From Felis catus (Eukaryota), in assembly GCF_018350175.1 (NCBI RefSeq), contig NC_058382.1, positions 56,050,001 through 56,114,000 on the forward strand: a DNA stretch of 64,000 nt. The letters run 5' to 3'. Of the stretch, positions 1-12,180 are shown in pieces. Under the pieces are notes generated by a model that was not told the DNA's origin, ran no database searches, and saw nothing but the letters and a program-made list of their open reading frames with translations. The translations under genes were made by a program, and so were the position numbers. The first letter of the stretch is position 1. Each line of letters begins with the position of its first letter.

Positions 1-884
1 TTTGATCGTTTAAAATAGAGTAGCATACCTAATAGTGGTCATTAGTTTAGCCCAAGGGGAAATTCATGGTTTAATAAACTCACATTAGAAATAACTTACT
101 AAAATTACGATTGGCATTATTAGTCTCCCATTTTTTAAATAAAATATAAAACAGACTAATTTTATCCAAACTGACAGCTTTTCTCTTTCAAACTGGTTCC
201 TTGTTCTATTGTTATCTCAGAGGAAGGAAAGACGTCTGTAGCACAGTGGCAATAATAAAAAACACAATAACGCAACACACAGGAACAAGGGTTATGTTTC
301 GTTCTCCATATGTCAGTGTACCTTCTCTTCTTTTCTGACTAACCGTGGGCTGGAGTGAGGAAGGCAGTGTGGCTTTGAAGCAAGGTCGCATTTGGGAGAG
401 TACTTCTCTTATCTTGCTTCTCTGAAGGGACTGTTTCTCAAGGATTGCCTGGGAAGGCAGGCAGTTCCGGGCCCCACTCCCTTATTTCTCTCGGTTATTT
501 CTCTCCCTTATTTCATTTTTGTTGTGAGTGCATCTTCTACGGCTTGCCTGTAGGTTCATTTGGGGTAACATTTCCGAAGAACAAAAGGGGCAATTTTAAT
601 ATGCAAGAAATGATTCTTAAAAGGTAATGAAGCACATTTGACTCTTGCCAGAGCAATGCTGTTGGTTGCCACAGGGAAACATTTCACCTTGGGCCAATAG
701 CCTGGAATTCTAGCATTCTTTGTATTCTTTCAGCTCCAGGAGAGGGGCCTGCCTACTCTTCAACTTGCTGGTACTTCAGGTTTTGGGATTTTCTTCAAGG
801 GATTAACAGTTGGAGATGATCTTACTGGAAGGAAGCTATACTGTTGATGTGGACATTGACCCCTTGATGGTTGAGGTCATTCTG

Positions 885-1285
885 TATATCCATTCATATA
901 GCTACTCACTCACCCAGTTGCCATGTACTCACCTTCACTCATCAAGCATTCAATCAGCCTCTGTTCGTCTATTCTTCCACCCACCGATTAATCTATTCCA
1001 CCCGTCCACCCAGCCACCAGTTAATCTACATCCATGCATCCACTGATTATCATCCATCCATTCATCCACTCAAGCATGGACTCACCCAACCATCCATTTA
1101 CTCACTCATGCACCCACCAACCCATCTGCACACCTGCTCGTCTCTCTGTCCCTATCCATCTAATCACCCATTTGCTCCCCTCTTTATTTACCTATAAATC
1201 CATTTATACATTCATCCTTCATGCACAGCCCACTTATCTACCCTCTCATCCATCAATATACTCTTATCCATACAACCAGCCATCC
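885..1285 (+). repeat. Degenerate (CCAT/TCCA)n simple repeat
   Basis: Recurrent catccatccattcatcca-like units; it abuts the 3' end of an antisense L2 and explains the His/Pro/Ser-rich ORFs at 810-1333. Confidence 0.85.
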
Positions 1286-1520
1286 TTTAAAAAATCCTTT
1301 AGCAAACATTTAACAAACCTCTGGGCTTGGTAATAAAGAGACACATAAGTCACAGTTCTACCCTTAAGGAACTTACAATCTTGTATAAGAGTCATAAATA
1401 AGCCACATATTACACAGCAGAATGCTGGGTGTTGCTGTAAAGAATGATGCCATGTTGCTGTGGGAATTCTCAAGAAGGAATGGCTTACTGTGTCTGAATG
1501 ATTCAAAGAAGGTTGTGCAC
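1286..1520 (-). mobile_element. L2 LINE 3' fragment
   Basis: agcaaacatttaacaaacctctgggc...cacagttctacccttaaggaacttacaatctt resembles the reverse complement of the L2 3' end. Confidence 0.55.
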
Positions 1521-3151
1521 ATGATAAATATGGGTGTAACGTCCAGGGGTGGGCAACATGACAGCCGGGAAATGAGAGTGGATGAGTGTCTAGCCCTTAA
1601 GTTCTCTCCAAGACTATCACTTTGCTGTTTAGAAGCAACATCTGTATTCTGGAGGCTCCCCTTCCGGAGGCAGAAGTTATGGGCATATTAAGGCATCAGG
1701 CAGGTGGAAGGAACTGAAGTTTTGGCCTCAGGGAGCAAATCTAAAGAACTGGGATTCAGGACTGGCCCCTGGTCCTGAATGAAGGAAAGGGGAAGAGAAT
1801 AAACAAGCGAATTTATAAATAAAAACAAATCAGAACAGATGAGCCAAAGAACTATAGGTGGGTAAGTACATCTTAGGTTATTTCACTCACTCAACACAGA
1901 CACTTAACATAACCTTGCCCAGTGACATCTTTAACCCAAACCAAACCAGTAACAACAAAAATAGCTCCGGCACAGATCACATGCTGGAAACTGGCCTTCT
2001 CTCTGCTTTGCTCCCACTGTTGGTTAGTCTGCAGGAATCCTAACAGGCATGGGGTGCTTTTCAACTCTAAGGGCCTGGCACTCAGCTCTGCACAGGGGCT
2101 TGGGCGAGGCCTTTATGACTTTCCCAGAGGCCTCAGGTCTCTATTGAAACACAGCAGCTGTTACCAGGAGCAACCCCACTTCTTAAACAATAGCATAGAC
2201 TTTGTGAAGCTTCTCAGGTGCTGTGGGCCTAGCATTGCCAAAAAAAAATGCCCAAGACTCACACAGTCTCCTTCCCCCATGGAGCTTAAATAGATTGGAA
2301 GCAAATGCTTGTTGACAACAGGTGTGGCTCGATGTGAGAAAATGTTCCTTTCCATTATTGCAGGGCTGGTACTCAGGGACATTTCCTGTGGAAGAAACAG
2401 GCTTCCAAGAGCATGGGAGATCCATACTCAGAGCCAGAAAGTGCTCACTTCTTCCCTTTTAGGGCCAAAGGCGCCACAAGTCTGTAAGCAGGTGCTCCTA
2501 ATAAGTACAGAGGTTTCCACAGCCAGAGGAAGGCTAGGCAAGGAGGGGTGGGCTCCCGGGCCCCAGAGTTCCAACCAGCTGACTGATTAGGCTCTCTGTG
2601 ATGGTGGTTAGTGACTTCATTGCCATTAACTCAGCTAGATTAACTTGCTCAGCAGAGGCTTGCAAAGCTGCATGAGCCTGTCTGCCGCTCAGCTTGAGTT
2701 AGCCATTGGGCTGCGAGGGCACAGAGAGGTAACCTACAGGAGGTGGGCCCTCAGCCCTCAGATTACTTGACAGAAACCCCAAGGACATAGAGAAGAAGTT
2801 TTTCTTCGTTGGAAAAATCTGTCCAGTGATTCTTTCTCTCCCTGAACCGTCTTAGGCAAAAGTAAGTTCTGTGTTGAACTAAACGGAATTGCTTGCTAGA
2901 TGAGATTCTAATTTCAGTGAGAAGACTTCCTGACTTTCTATTGCTTTGGGAAGTCATCCCCTCCTAACTGTGAGGGCTCATCTGCAGCCAGAGCCTTAAT
3001 TGGAATTACTAGGACAGCATATAAGAATAGGGAGAAATGTAAGAGGCAGTGATGAATTTCTTATAAAGAAACACAAGTAATCAGATTGTTCTCAGAGCTA
3101 TTGGAAATTGAGTCAGTGGAGGGAGAAAAGTAAATGGAGATAAATAGAAAA

Positions 3152-3217
3152 AATTTATTTTTTGAGAGAGAGGGAGAGAGAGAGAGAGCATGTGAGCAGG
3201 AGAGGGAGAGAGAGGGA

Positions 3218-3259
<42 letters not shown>

Positions 3260-3381
3260 CCCATGCAGGCTCCATGCTCTATGCAGAGCCTGACATGGGG
3301 CTTGATCCCATGACCCTGGGATCATGACCTGAGCCAAAATGAAAAGTAGAGTGCTCAACTGACTAAGCCTCCCAGGCACCC
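3152..3381 (-). mobile_element. CanSINE (tRNA-derived carnivore SINE) with long (GA)n tract
   Basis: gatcatgacctgagcc...ctcaactgactaagcctcccaggcaccc is the reverse complement of the SINE head; approximate TSD gaaaaaattta. Confidence 0.95.
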
Positions 3382-3559
3382 TGAAAAAAATTTAATTACT
3401 AATATTTTCACAATATGCTACTTTGTCAGATTCCATTTATTCCTTCTACCTCCAAAAATCTACTCACATGATTGTGGAGGTGTGTGTATAGTGTGTGTTG
3501 GGGGCACCCTTTTTTCCACTCATTTCCAAAGCTTGGAATCCTATGTAGTAGCATCCCAA

Positions 3560-3960
3560 TGTATTAATTTAGGTGGATTAAGTTGCAGTAACAAACTGAT
3601 CCTGAAATGTCAGTGGTTTAACAGCACAGAAGTCTACTTCCTGCTCACACAACAATTCTGGACCAGCAGTTTCTGTCGGAGACTTCCTTCTTGGAGTCAT
3701 TTAGAAATGCAGGCCAATGGGTGGCTCTGCCATTTTCAACACATGGCCTTCAAACTGACCCTAGTCATCCACATCCCAGTCGGCCAGAACACAGAAATAC
3801 CAGGAGCTGCTCTGAGAGGGTTTCGTGGTCTGCATCAGAAGGGGCATGTAGTATACCCACTCAGTCACGTGACCACCTGCCTGCCAGGAGGATTGGGAAA
3901 TGTAGTCCAGCTGTGAGCCCAGTGGGAAAGAGGCACCAGTTTGCATGGGCACCTAGTCAT
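3560..3960 (-). mobile_element. MaLR solo LTR (MLT1J/K-like)
   Basis: tgtattaattt...gttgcagtaacaaac...cagtggtttaacagcacagaagtctacttcctgctcacac and ggattgggaaatgtagtc match the MLT1 reverse-strand pattern. Confidence 0.75.
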
Positions 3961-3994
3961 CCCCTTGACAGCTTTCATCATTGTTGTTTGACAC

Positions 3995-4940
3995 CCCCTC
4001 ATTTACTGAGAGCCAGCTATACACGCTGCGTTGTGCTGGGAGCTCAGGATACAGCCCATACACGGTTAGAGTCTAGAGAAGGAAAAATAAAGTGCTAATG
4101 GCTAATTATAAAAATAATTAATGACAATTTTTATTGCCATTAGGACTGTAAGGGAAAACTATAGGGCTGGTAACTATCTCTAGAGGGAGGTGAAGGGGAA
4201 GCAAGGGAGGATTCTGGGAAGAAGTGACTTTGAAGTTAAAGACAGGAAGACAGACTTAACCAGGCAGAAACACTACAGAAGGGCATTTTCAAAAAAGGGA
4301 CCAATAAGTGAAACATCGTGAGGCAGAAAAGAAGTTTGAACACTCTAGACCCCTTCAAAAGGGTAGCAGGGCTGATCCACATTGAATAAGCCAGAAAGAA
4401 ATTTGAAATGAAGCAGGAGAGGTGGGTGGGGATGTGATGGAACAGTCTTCATGGGCTGAGCCAAGGAGTAAGGGCTTCTTTTTTCTTTTTTTTAATGTTA
4501 TTTATTGTTGAGAGAGAGAGGGAGAAAGAGAGCATGAGTGGGGAGGGGCAGAGAGAGAGGGAGACAGAGAATCCCAAGCAGGCTCCCCAGTGTCAGCACA
4601 GAGCCTGATGCGGGACTTGAACTTCTGAACTGTGAGATCATGACTGGAGCCAAAATCAAGAGTAGGACACTTAACTGACTGAGCCACCCAGGTGCCCTGG
4701 GGCTTCTTTCTGACAGCAGTGGGAATCGCTCAAGGGTTTGAGGAGGAGTGTTGTATGGTCAGCTACATTTTTCACTTAATGGTGCCAGAGTAAGGAAATT
4801 GTTGCAATCTTTTCAGGAGAGAGGGGATGGTGCTCGGTGTATGGGGCTGGCAGTTGAAATGGAGGTGAGTGGGATGGGTTGGAGAAATATGTGGGGAGAT
4901 GAGTTGCATCAGGAAGGCAGCCCTGAGGTCCCAGGTGTGT
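3995..4940 (-). mobile_element. L2 LINE fragment interrupted by a SINE
   Basis: catttactgagagccagctatacacgctgcgttgtgctggg, then purine-rich L2 body (gggaagaagtgactttgaag, gcagtgggaatcgctcaagggtttgaggagg). Confidence 0.7.
4480..4698 (-). mobile_element. CanSINE (feline type)
   Basis: Full-length reverse SINE; TSD gggcttcttt on both sides. Confidence 0.95.
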
Positions 4941-5207
4941 AGGCTCAGGCTGGCACTTAGGTCTTTGAGAGTGAGACAGAGTACCGTTCTTGGTTTAGCC
5001 CCTTCCTCTGTAGTTTTATGGGCTTCTTGACTTTCGGCCTATTTAATAAAATCTCTTTAAAATGGATGTTTGGTAGAGCTCAAATTCACCCTCAATTTGC
5101 ACTTCTGTGGACTTTGATTAGTATTCATAATGGAGTGGTACACCTGACGGCCACAGCAGGCAATTCCAACACCAGTGGAGAGAGGTACAAGATAAATCAC
5201 TCCAAGT

Positions 5208-5477
5208 AAATGACTAATTAATCATGCTCTTGATTTTAATAACATATACCGTCTGGCTCAAGATTCATCTGTGTATAATCTTGCATTCTATTCTAGAAAT
5301 TTGATAATCAGTAAAGCCACCCATGGATTCCTAATTTATGATGATTTCTTTCCATTCTTTTAGAAAAGTTAAGAATCAGTCATATTCTCAGGACTGTATG
5401 AAGGGGGATGCAGGGAGGAGTGTGTGTGTTTTTTTAAATCTATTTTAAAAACATCATCAGTATTTCAGCATAATCTG
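5208..5477 (+). repeat. Copy A of an old ~270-bp local direct duplication
   Basis: Aligns by hand to 6439-6704 with 157/210 matches and no gap over the first 210 nt. Confidence 0.9.
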
Positions 5478-6229
5478 TGGGACAAATTTGACACTATCTC
5501 ATTGAAGATATGTAAACTCATTTCTGGAAACATCTATACCAGAGGGCTTGTCTGCAATGTATCCCTCCTCCTCCAAATCAGAAAACTGTTATTTTCAAGG
5601 GTAGTTGGACAAGAGTCATGAATACTTAGCAGTAAAACATCCCTCACTTGTACGTGGCCTCAAAGACTTGTAAATCAACGGGGGTATGAACATGTGAGGA
5701 CTCATAATTTCCAGTGAGTCATGGTTCTACTTATTTGGAGTAGATAGCTCCATAAAATAAAATACAGTTCACTTGTAAAGAGCTCCTTTATCTCAAATGA
5801 CAAAGCGAACCCGTGGTCTCATTACTAAAGACGGTTCTCCACTGAGGCTGGTCTCAGGCTGGGCGAGGTAAGATACCTATAGGTGGAATTCTTCTGGAAA
5901 CAGAGTTTCTAAACTTTTTAAATAATTGATTTGACTTCTTTACCTTACCCACTTACATAGCTGGGAATGGCCAATCTGCTAGTGTATACTACAGTGTCAG
6001 AAACAAAAACAAAACAAAAAATAAAATAAATAAAAAGCAGAACCTATGTCCTGGGGGGTAAACAGAAAACACGTTGCATTTGACTCGTTATATTATTTGG
6101 AAGAAATTGCCATTGCAGAGGGGTGATGTGTGTGGGCAGATACCTGATGAGGGTGGGAGAAATTCTGCATACTTACGATGTGCAAAAAATTGTGCTGTGG
6201 GCTTTGATTATATAAATCAGTGAACGATA

Positions 6230-6437
6230 GTTTAGGTGCTACTTATCGATCATTTATTATAGGCTAGTCATGTGCATCACCTTATTTGAGCCTCATTAAC
6301 ATTAGCCTAAGAAGTAAGAAATATTATTATTCTAAATCGATGAGAGAAGTATATAGCCCAGAGAAATTCAGGGGCTTCCACAGGGCCTCATAGCCAATAG
6401 AGGGTAGGCAGGACCCAATCCTAAGTCAGCCTCCCAG
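6230..6437 (-). mobile_element. MIR
   Basis: attattattctaaatcgatgagagaag...cccagagaaattcaggggcttccacagggcctcatagccaatag is a diverged MIR core. Confidence 0.65.
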
Positions 6438-6438
6438 A

Positions 6439-6704
6439 AAATGACTAATTAATCAGTCTCTTGTTTTTCATAGCATATGCCATCTGGTTTGAGATTTGCT
6501 TGTCTACAGTCTTCCATCTTGTTCTAGAAATCTGATAACCAAGAAAGCCATCTATAGATTCCTGATTGACAGTAACTTCTTTTCTTTCTTTTAGAAAAGT
6601 TAGGAATCAGTTGTATTGCAGTGACCATGTGGAGGGGGGTAGAGGAAGGAAGCATGTGTTTTTTTATCTCAAAAAAAATATCTTCGATATTTCAGAGTAA
6701 TCTG
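6439..6704 (+). repeat. Copy B of the old local direct duplication
   Basis: Shares aaatgactaattaatca, ttctagaaat, ttcttttagaaaagtta and gaatcagt with 5208-5477. Confidence 0.9.
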
Positions 6705-8333
6705 AAAATTAAAAGCTGAAAACCCAAAGCTTGACATGTAATCCCTGTGCTATACCTAGGGCACAATAAATAGGAGAATCTTGTCATCTGTTTTCCCGGG
6801 AAACATTCCTCTGCCACATGCCATTTGCAAGATGTAAAATCCTCTCTAAGAAATACCCCATTTAAATAATAAGCCAATGTCCTCTGGAGACTATGACCAA
6901 ATGTCATTTGTCATGTAAAAATGGAGATGTGTGGACCCAAGAAACTAAGAGGGATGTGTCCAGGAGCCAAGTGTCTCTTTCAGCAAGGGAAGAAGTAAAG
7001 CGAAGCAGGCCCTTTGCACATGTCTTCCTGGTTTTGCTCCCAAAGCCTGAAGCCTTGGCGTGACCTGGAATGGCCTACTCCAAGCAGCAGCATAAGCTCA
7101 TTGCTACCCATTACATCTGCCCACATTTCCAGCAGGTACCAAGAAGATGGTCAAGCCCCAAGAGTCATGTGAGCCTCTGGGCACCTCCTCAGTGTGGTTC
7201 AGAGCGGCCCTCATGAGGTGGCACTGTTTGCGCCATTAGGTGCCATGGCCTGACCCTCTCCAGCCTCACCCTAAGGAGACCATCCCTCCCTAAGTTCCCA
7301 GTCAATGTTCTTTAACTCCTAGCTTAGGGAATCAGACTGAATTAGTTCTTTGTGTTATTAGCCAGAGGAGCACTTGCATTTTCTGACATCTCTAATCTTG
7401 GAGCTCAGGGAATAGCACAGAGCATTTGCATGAAATTACCCCTCATTCTATCTATAGGCTGAGCTGCCAGCGTTTGTGAATTTGGCAGAAGCCAGCAGAT
7501 CTCACAGTTAATGTCTTTCTCTCCTGCCAGGCTCTTCAGCACGAGGTGCACTGGAGTGCTGTGTGACAAAGAGCAGGGCACATCCTGGGATATGGAGCTT
7601 AGGTGATGCTATTTGCATCCAATTAAAGAAGCAAGACTTGGTGGCATTATTCACACGCACGACTCTTAATGCCTTTTGGCTCATTAAGTCTTTGGATCAA
7701 TTTTTGTAAGAGGATGTTGGCAAGAACACGGGCAGGCTTTGGGCACAGGTAGAGGTGAGCTTCCAGGTTGAATCCCCTACCAGGCTGGCAATTATATGTT
7801 TCCTTTTTGGACTTGCCGAAGGAGGTTTCTTTTGCTGCTTTGACTGTTCTTAGTCACGACCACAGAGCTAAGGAGCTCAGGTTAGATTCGTGTTGATAAG
7901 GTTTGGTTAGCCTGATGGGCCCTGTTGTTGCCTTCTCCCATTTGTCTTGGGGATTTCCCATCCCATCCCACCCTCTCAGGATCTTGTGGGGTTGGGAGAC
8001 AATCACTGACTCTTCAGTTCCTTTGTGGCTGGGTTACCCACGGAAATCAGAGATGTCACAAAACCTCAGTGCTTCTCTGGTTAATTACACAAAGATCTAG
8101 TTGGGTCTGAGTCCCTAAGCTGGGGGTAACGACAGGGGTTGTGAACTCATGAGGGAGGGTGTTCTTAGGTGATACTGGAGGATACACAGTGTGTGGAGAG
8201 GCCTTGGTACCCTTTGAGGAGACAGGGGGTCACCTTTGAGGATTGCTCTGAATGTTTCCTAACAATGGATGGTTCAGACTTGCTAGTGTGGTTTTGATAG
8301 GACACTTCACTTCCCAGGTGTTCAATTTTTTCA

Positions 8334-8520
8334 ATTTTTTTTAATGTTTATTTTTGAGAGAGCGTACAAGCAAGGGAGGAGCAGAGAGAAGGGGACAGAA
8401 GATCTGAAGGAGGCTCCACACTGACAGCAGTGAGCCCAATACAGGGCTGGAACTCATGAACCCTGAGATCATGACCTGAGCTGAAGTCGGATGTTCAACT
8501 GCTGAGCCACCTAGGTGCCC
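8334..8520 (-). mobile_element. CanSINE
   Basis: gagatcatgacctgagctgaagtcggatgttcaactgctgagccacctaggtgccc; TSD ttttttcaattt. Confidence 0.95.
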
Positions 8521-9095
8521 CAGTTTTTTCAATTTATAATGAGAGAGCTAAGTAAGAGAAATATCTTCAAAGGGCATTCTGGGTTTCATAGAGTTGGGCA
8601 GAAACTGGAGATTCCAGTGGGCAGGACACCCTGTTTCTACCAGAGAGGTCCAGTCTTTGTTTGTTTGTTTTAATCAAGAGAGCATCACATGGTATTTTAT
8701 TTGAAAAATAGAGTTCTGCTGTGCAGACCCCATAGACCTAAGCGATTTCTTTCTAATCTGAGAGTCGTAGGCCATCTCTAGGCCAGTCTTCAGATTTGGT
8801 GAGTCATATATCAGGTCCCAATCTCAGGACCCATTTCTGGCCAGTCTGCACAGAGAATTTTCTCCTGTCTGGGGAAGGGTATTGTGGGCGTGCTGCCAGG
8901 GAGAATCAGGGTGATGAGGCAGTAAATAGGTGACACCCTCTGTCTCAGAACAGGTCACCGCCTCTACTTAAGGAATACCTTTCTTCTGTAGCTACTGCTT
9001 ACCATGACATGAAAGATTGCTTCCTCAGCCAGATGCTCCTGAGGCTCTAGGTGGGTGCTGATTTCCGGATGAATGGAGTTTAAAATTATGTCTCA

Positions 9096-9097
<2 letters not shown>

Positions 9098-9134
<37 letters not shown>
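9098..9134 (+). repeat. (CA)n microsatellite
   Basis: Perfect CA run. Confidence 0.98.
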
Positions 9135-9136
<2 letters not shown>

Positions 9137-9286
9137 CTTATAAAATATGTGGGGAGAATGTAATATGTCTAATTACACTGAATACTTTAGATCAACATTT
9201 CTGAAACGAAGCTACCTGGCATATTAATAGGCACAAGAAACAACCCTTTGGTCCAGTAAGTGAGGGTAAAGTGTGGACACTTTACC

Positions 9287-9834
9287 TGTGTAGACAGGAT
9301 GGCACCTGTGTAGACAGGATGGCACCTATGATTTCTATCCCCCACATTCACATCTTTCCCTTTGAGTGTGGAAAGGATCTGTGATTGGCTTCTAGCCAGT
9401 AGGATATGGAAAGGGAGATGGGATGTCCCTTCTGCAAAATAATGTTTTGCTATGTAAGATGCAGTCTTAGCAGATGGGACTGGGGAGACTGTCCATTGTT
9501 GGCTTTAAAGAAGTAAAGTGCCCTATTGTGAGAGAGTCAGTGAAGATAGATGGGACCCGTGGGCAGCCTCTAGGCACAAAAAAACAGCTCCTGACCAACA
9601 TCCAGCGAGAAAAAGGACACCTCGTTCTACCACCCTGAGGAGGTGAAATCTGCCAACAGAGAGAGTGTGACAGAGGATCCTTCTCTGGGTGAGCATCAGA
9701 AAAGACCACAGCCCCAGTGGATACCTGGACCCTGGGACACCCCTGAACCACAGAAACTGCAAGATGATAGTTGTGTATCATCATAACAGCTAGGTTTGTC
9801 ATCATGTGTTACAGAGCATTGGAAGTCCAATACC
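9287..9834 (+). mobile_element. MaLR solo LTR (MLT1E/F-like)
   Basis: ccctttgagtgtgg...gattggcttctagccagtaggatatgg...ggctttaaagaagtaaagtgcc...gggcagcctctagg...ccacagaaactgcaagatgatag...gtgttacagagcattggaagtccaatac. Confidence 0.8.
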
Positions 9835-10040
9835 CTGCACTTAGATATTTACAAACAATATTAGCAAACTAAGAGCTTTGAGAGAGCATGAAAGAAAGAA
9901 AACTATTTACCTTTTTAACTATATTTAACATGGCATTTCCCATACCAATAAGAACGTGCCCCCCCACTGTCCCACCTTTTAAAACAGAACACCTAAGAAC
10001 ATCTTACAGTGGTGTCCTATTTTATGGGAAAAAAGTAGAA

Positions 10041-10731
10041 GAGTGATTCTTAAATTTTTGGGTCTCAAGACCCTTTTACACTGTTAGAAATAATTGAGGA
10101 CTCAAAGTTTTGTCTATGTGGATTTTATCTATTGATATTGACCGTATTTGAAATTAAAACTGAAAAAAATTATACATATATACCAATTAATTTATTTTAT
10201 AATAATGACAACCCCATTAAGTGTGAGCACAAATAGCATGTTTTGTGACGGGTGACTATATATTCCAAAACCAAAAAAAAAAACACAGTGGGGGGGGTGG
10301 GGGGGGGTGGCACTGTTTTAATTTCATCAAATCTCTTTACTGAATGGCTTAATGGGAGTCCCATGGATTCTTCTATCTGTTTCAGCATTCAGATTGTTGT
10401 GATATCATTTTGGCTGAACAAAGTCAAGAAAATCCTGCCTCACACAGATAGGTAGTTGAAAAAGGGATGAGTCTTTTAATAGTCTTTTGGGGGAACTGTG
10501 GATATATTTCTTTGATACATCAGAAGTACTAGTTTCTTAAATAAAGGCTAGTTGTAGTGTGGAATCTGAAACTCTATGAATGAACTTCTCATAAAGTTTG
10601 TGAGAGAGTAAGGGTAAAAAGGGCAAATCTTATCTTAGAATGATTATGAAAATAGTTTTGGCTTTATATACCTGCTGAAAGTGTTTCAGGGACCCTATGG
10701 GGGTTGTCAGGCCACACTGTGACAACCCCTG
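10041..10731. mobile_element. hAT-Charlie DNA transposon deletion derivative (Charlie1a/1b-like)
   Basis: Left end tttgggtctcaagacccttttacactgttagaaataattgagg; right end cagggaccctatgggg...ccacactgtgacaacccctg. Confidence 0.8.
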
Positions 10732-10799
10732 GTTTAGGAAATACACCATTAATCAATCAAGGGACTTAGACTCATCTTAACCAATGTGTCAATTATGTA

Positions 10800-11070
10800 T
10801 TGATTACTTTGCATATAAGACACTGAGGCAGATACTGGGAGGGAATGGAAATCAATAATATATGGTGCCTGCCTCAATGACATACATCTAGTGGGAGGAG
10901 AGAAATAAAAGCAAACCAACTATGTTAATAAAAATGCAGTAAAGGCACGATAGCTAGGTAAGGGAGAGAGCAGGAAGGGAGGGAGAGAGATAGACAGGCA
11001 GACTGGATGATTTATTTGTGTAGGTAGCCAATGGTGAGAGGGCGTTCCAGGTTTGGACTGTGAAAACATG
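10800..11070 (-). mobile_element. L2 fragment
   Basis: gacactgaggcagatactggga...atggtgcctgcctcaatgacatacatctagtgggaggaga. Confidence 0.55.
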
Positions 11071-11519
11071 TGGCCCCTTCCCGAACGGCCCCTTCATGTA
11101 ACAACTGTGACCACACAGTGACAGCTGGCGAGGACAGCTGCATATACATGGAATCGCCAAGGTGCAAGAGCCCACATGGCGGAGGCTGAGTGAACGGGGC
11201 TTAGTAGCGGTGGAGATCATTCCTCTGTCTCATCAGACTTCCTAATAATCCTCTATCAAGAAAGTAATCATCTTCTCAAAGGGAAATGGGGAAATTTCAT
11301 ATGTGGAGGTTTTGATTAATGCAAGAAAAGAGTCAATTTCCTTTGATAATAGGCAGTACCCTGCAAGAGCCACATGGGGAGAGTGAGCATGGAAAGAGGG
11401 ATGAATGGGAACAGATTTTTAGGACACTGAAGTCGCATCAAACCACGGTAGCAAGTGTCCACTCTAATTTAGCCCTTTCAGGGCATCCCCAGAATTCAAT
11501 CAAAGCCCTATTCTGAGCA

Positions 11520-11680
11520 GTAGCCTTGTGCCTTATGTAGGTTTTCTTCTTTAGTCCTCTCATTAACCCTTTGAGGAGTCAGAATGTTATCTGCACTTTG
11601 CAGCTGGAGAAGCAAAGCAAAGAGAAACTAACAAGGGGTAGAGGCAGGATTTGAACTCAAGTCTGCCTCATTCCAAGTTC
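11520..11680 (-). mobile_element. MIR
   Basis: ttatctgcactttgcagctggagaagc...ggcaggatttgaactcaagtctgcctcattccaa. Confidence 0.7.
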
Positions 11681-12120
11681 TTAAAATCTCCTCAGTCCTC
11701 TCCCTGAGTCTCTATTACCCAGCAGCCTCTCATACTGCCCACCTATCTACATGGTTTGACCTATTGCTCCTGACCCTTTATCTTTTGTTCTTTGACCCCT
11801 TGCTAACTATTCTTGCTTGAAGTACCTCTGTATCCTCTCCTTACTTTGAGGACTCATTTTTCTTCCTTCTGTTTCACTTTTCTTGTCATGTGCCATCAAC
11901 TCTGAACTGTCCCAAGCTCCTTGATGTCTTATCCTCACAACCTCAGATAAGAGATGATTCTACCAGCCCTCTGTCCTAGAACCACAGGATGCCCTGTTGG
12001 CCGGGCTGGCCCACATGCCCTTCACAGCATGGAAATCATCACTTACTCATTGAGTCATCATTCATTCACTCAACACTCCACCTCACATGTTTAGGGAATA
12101 CAAAGTACAAAGATACAAGA

Positions 12121-12134
12121 CCAGTTGTTGGTAG

Positions 12135-12180
<46 letters not shown>

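Noticed and set aside
810..1333. His/Pro/Ser-rich overlapping ORFs
   Set aside because: Translation of a degenerate (CCAT)n repeat.
5214..5363. Duplicated segments as mutually exclusive coding exons
   Set aside because: The one long open frame in copy A is interrupted by an early TGA in copy B; no shared frame on either strand.
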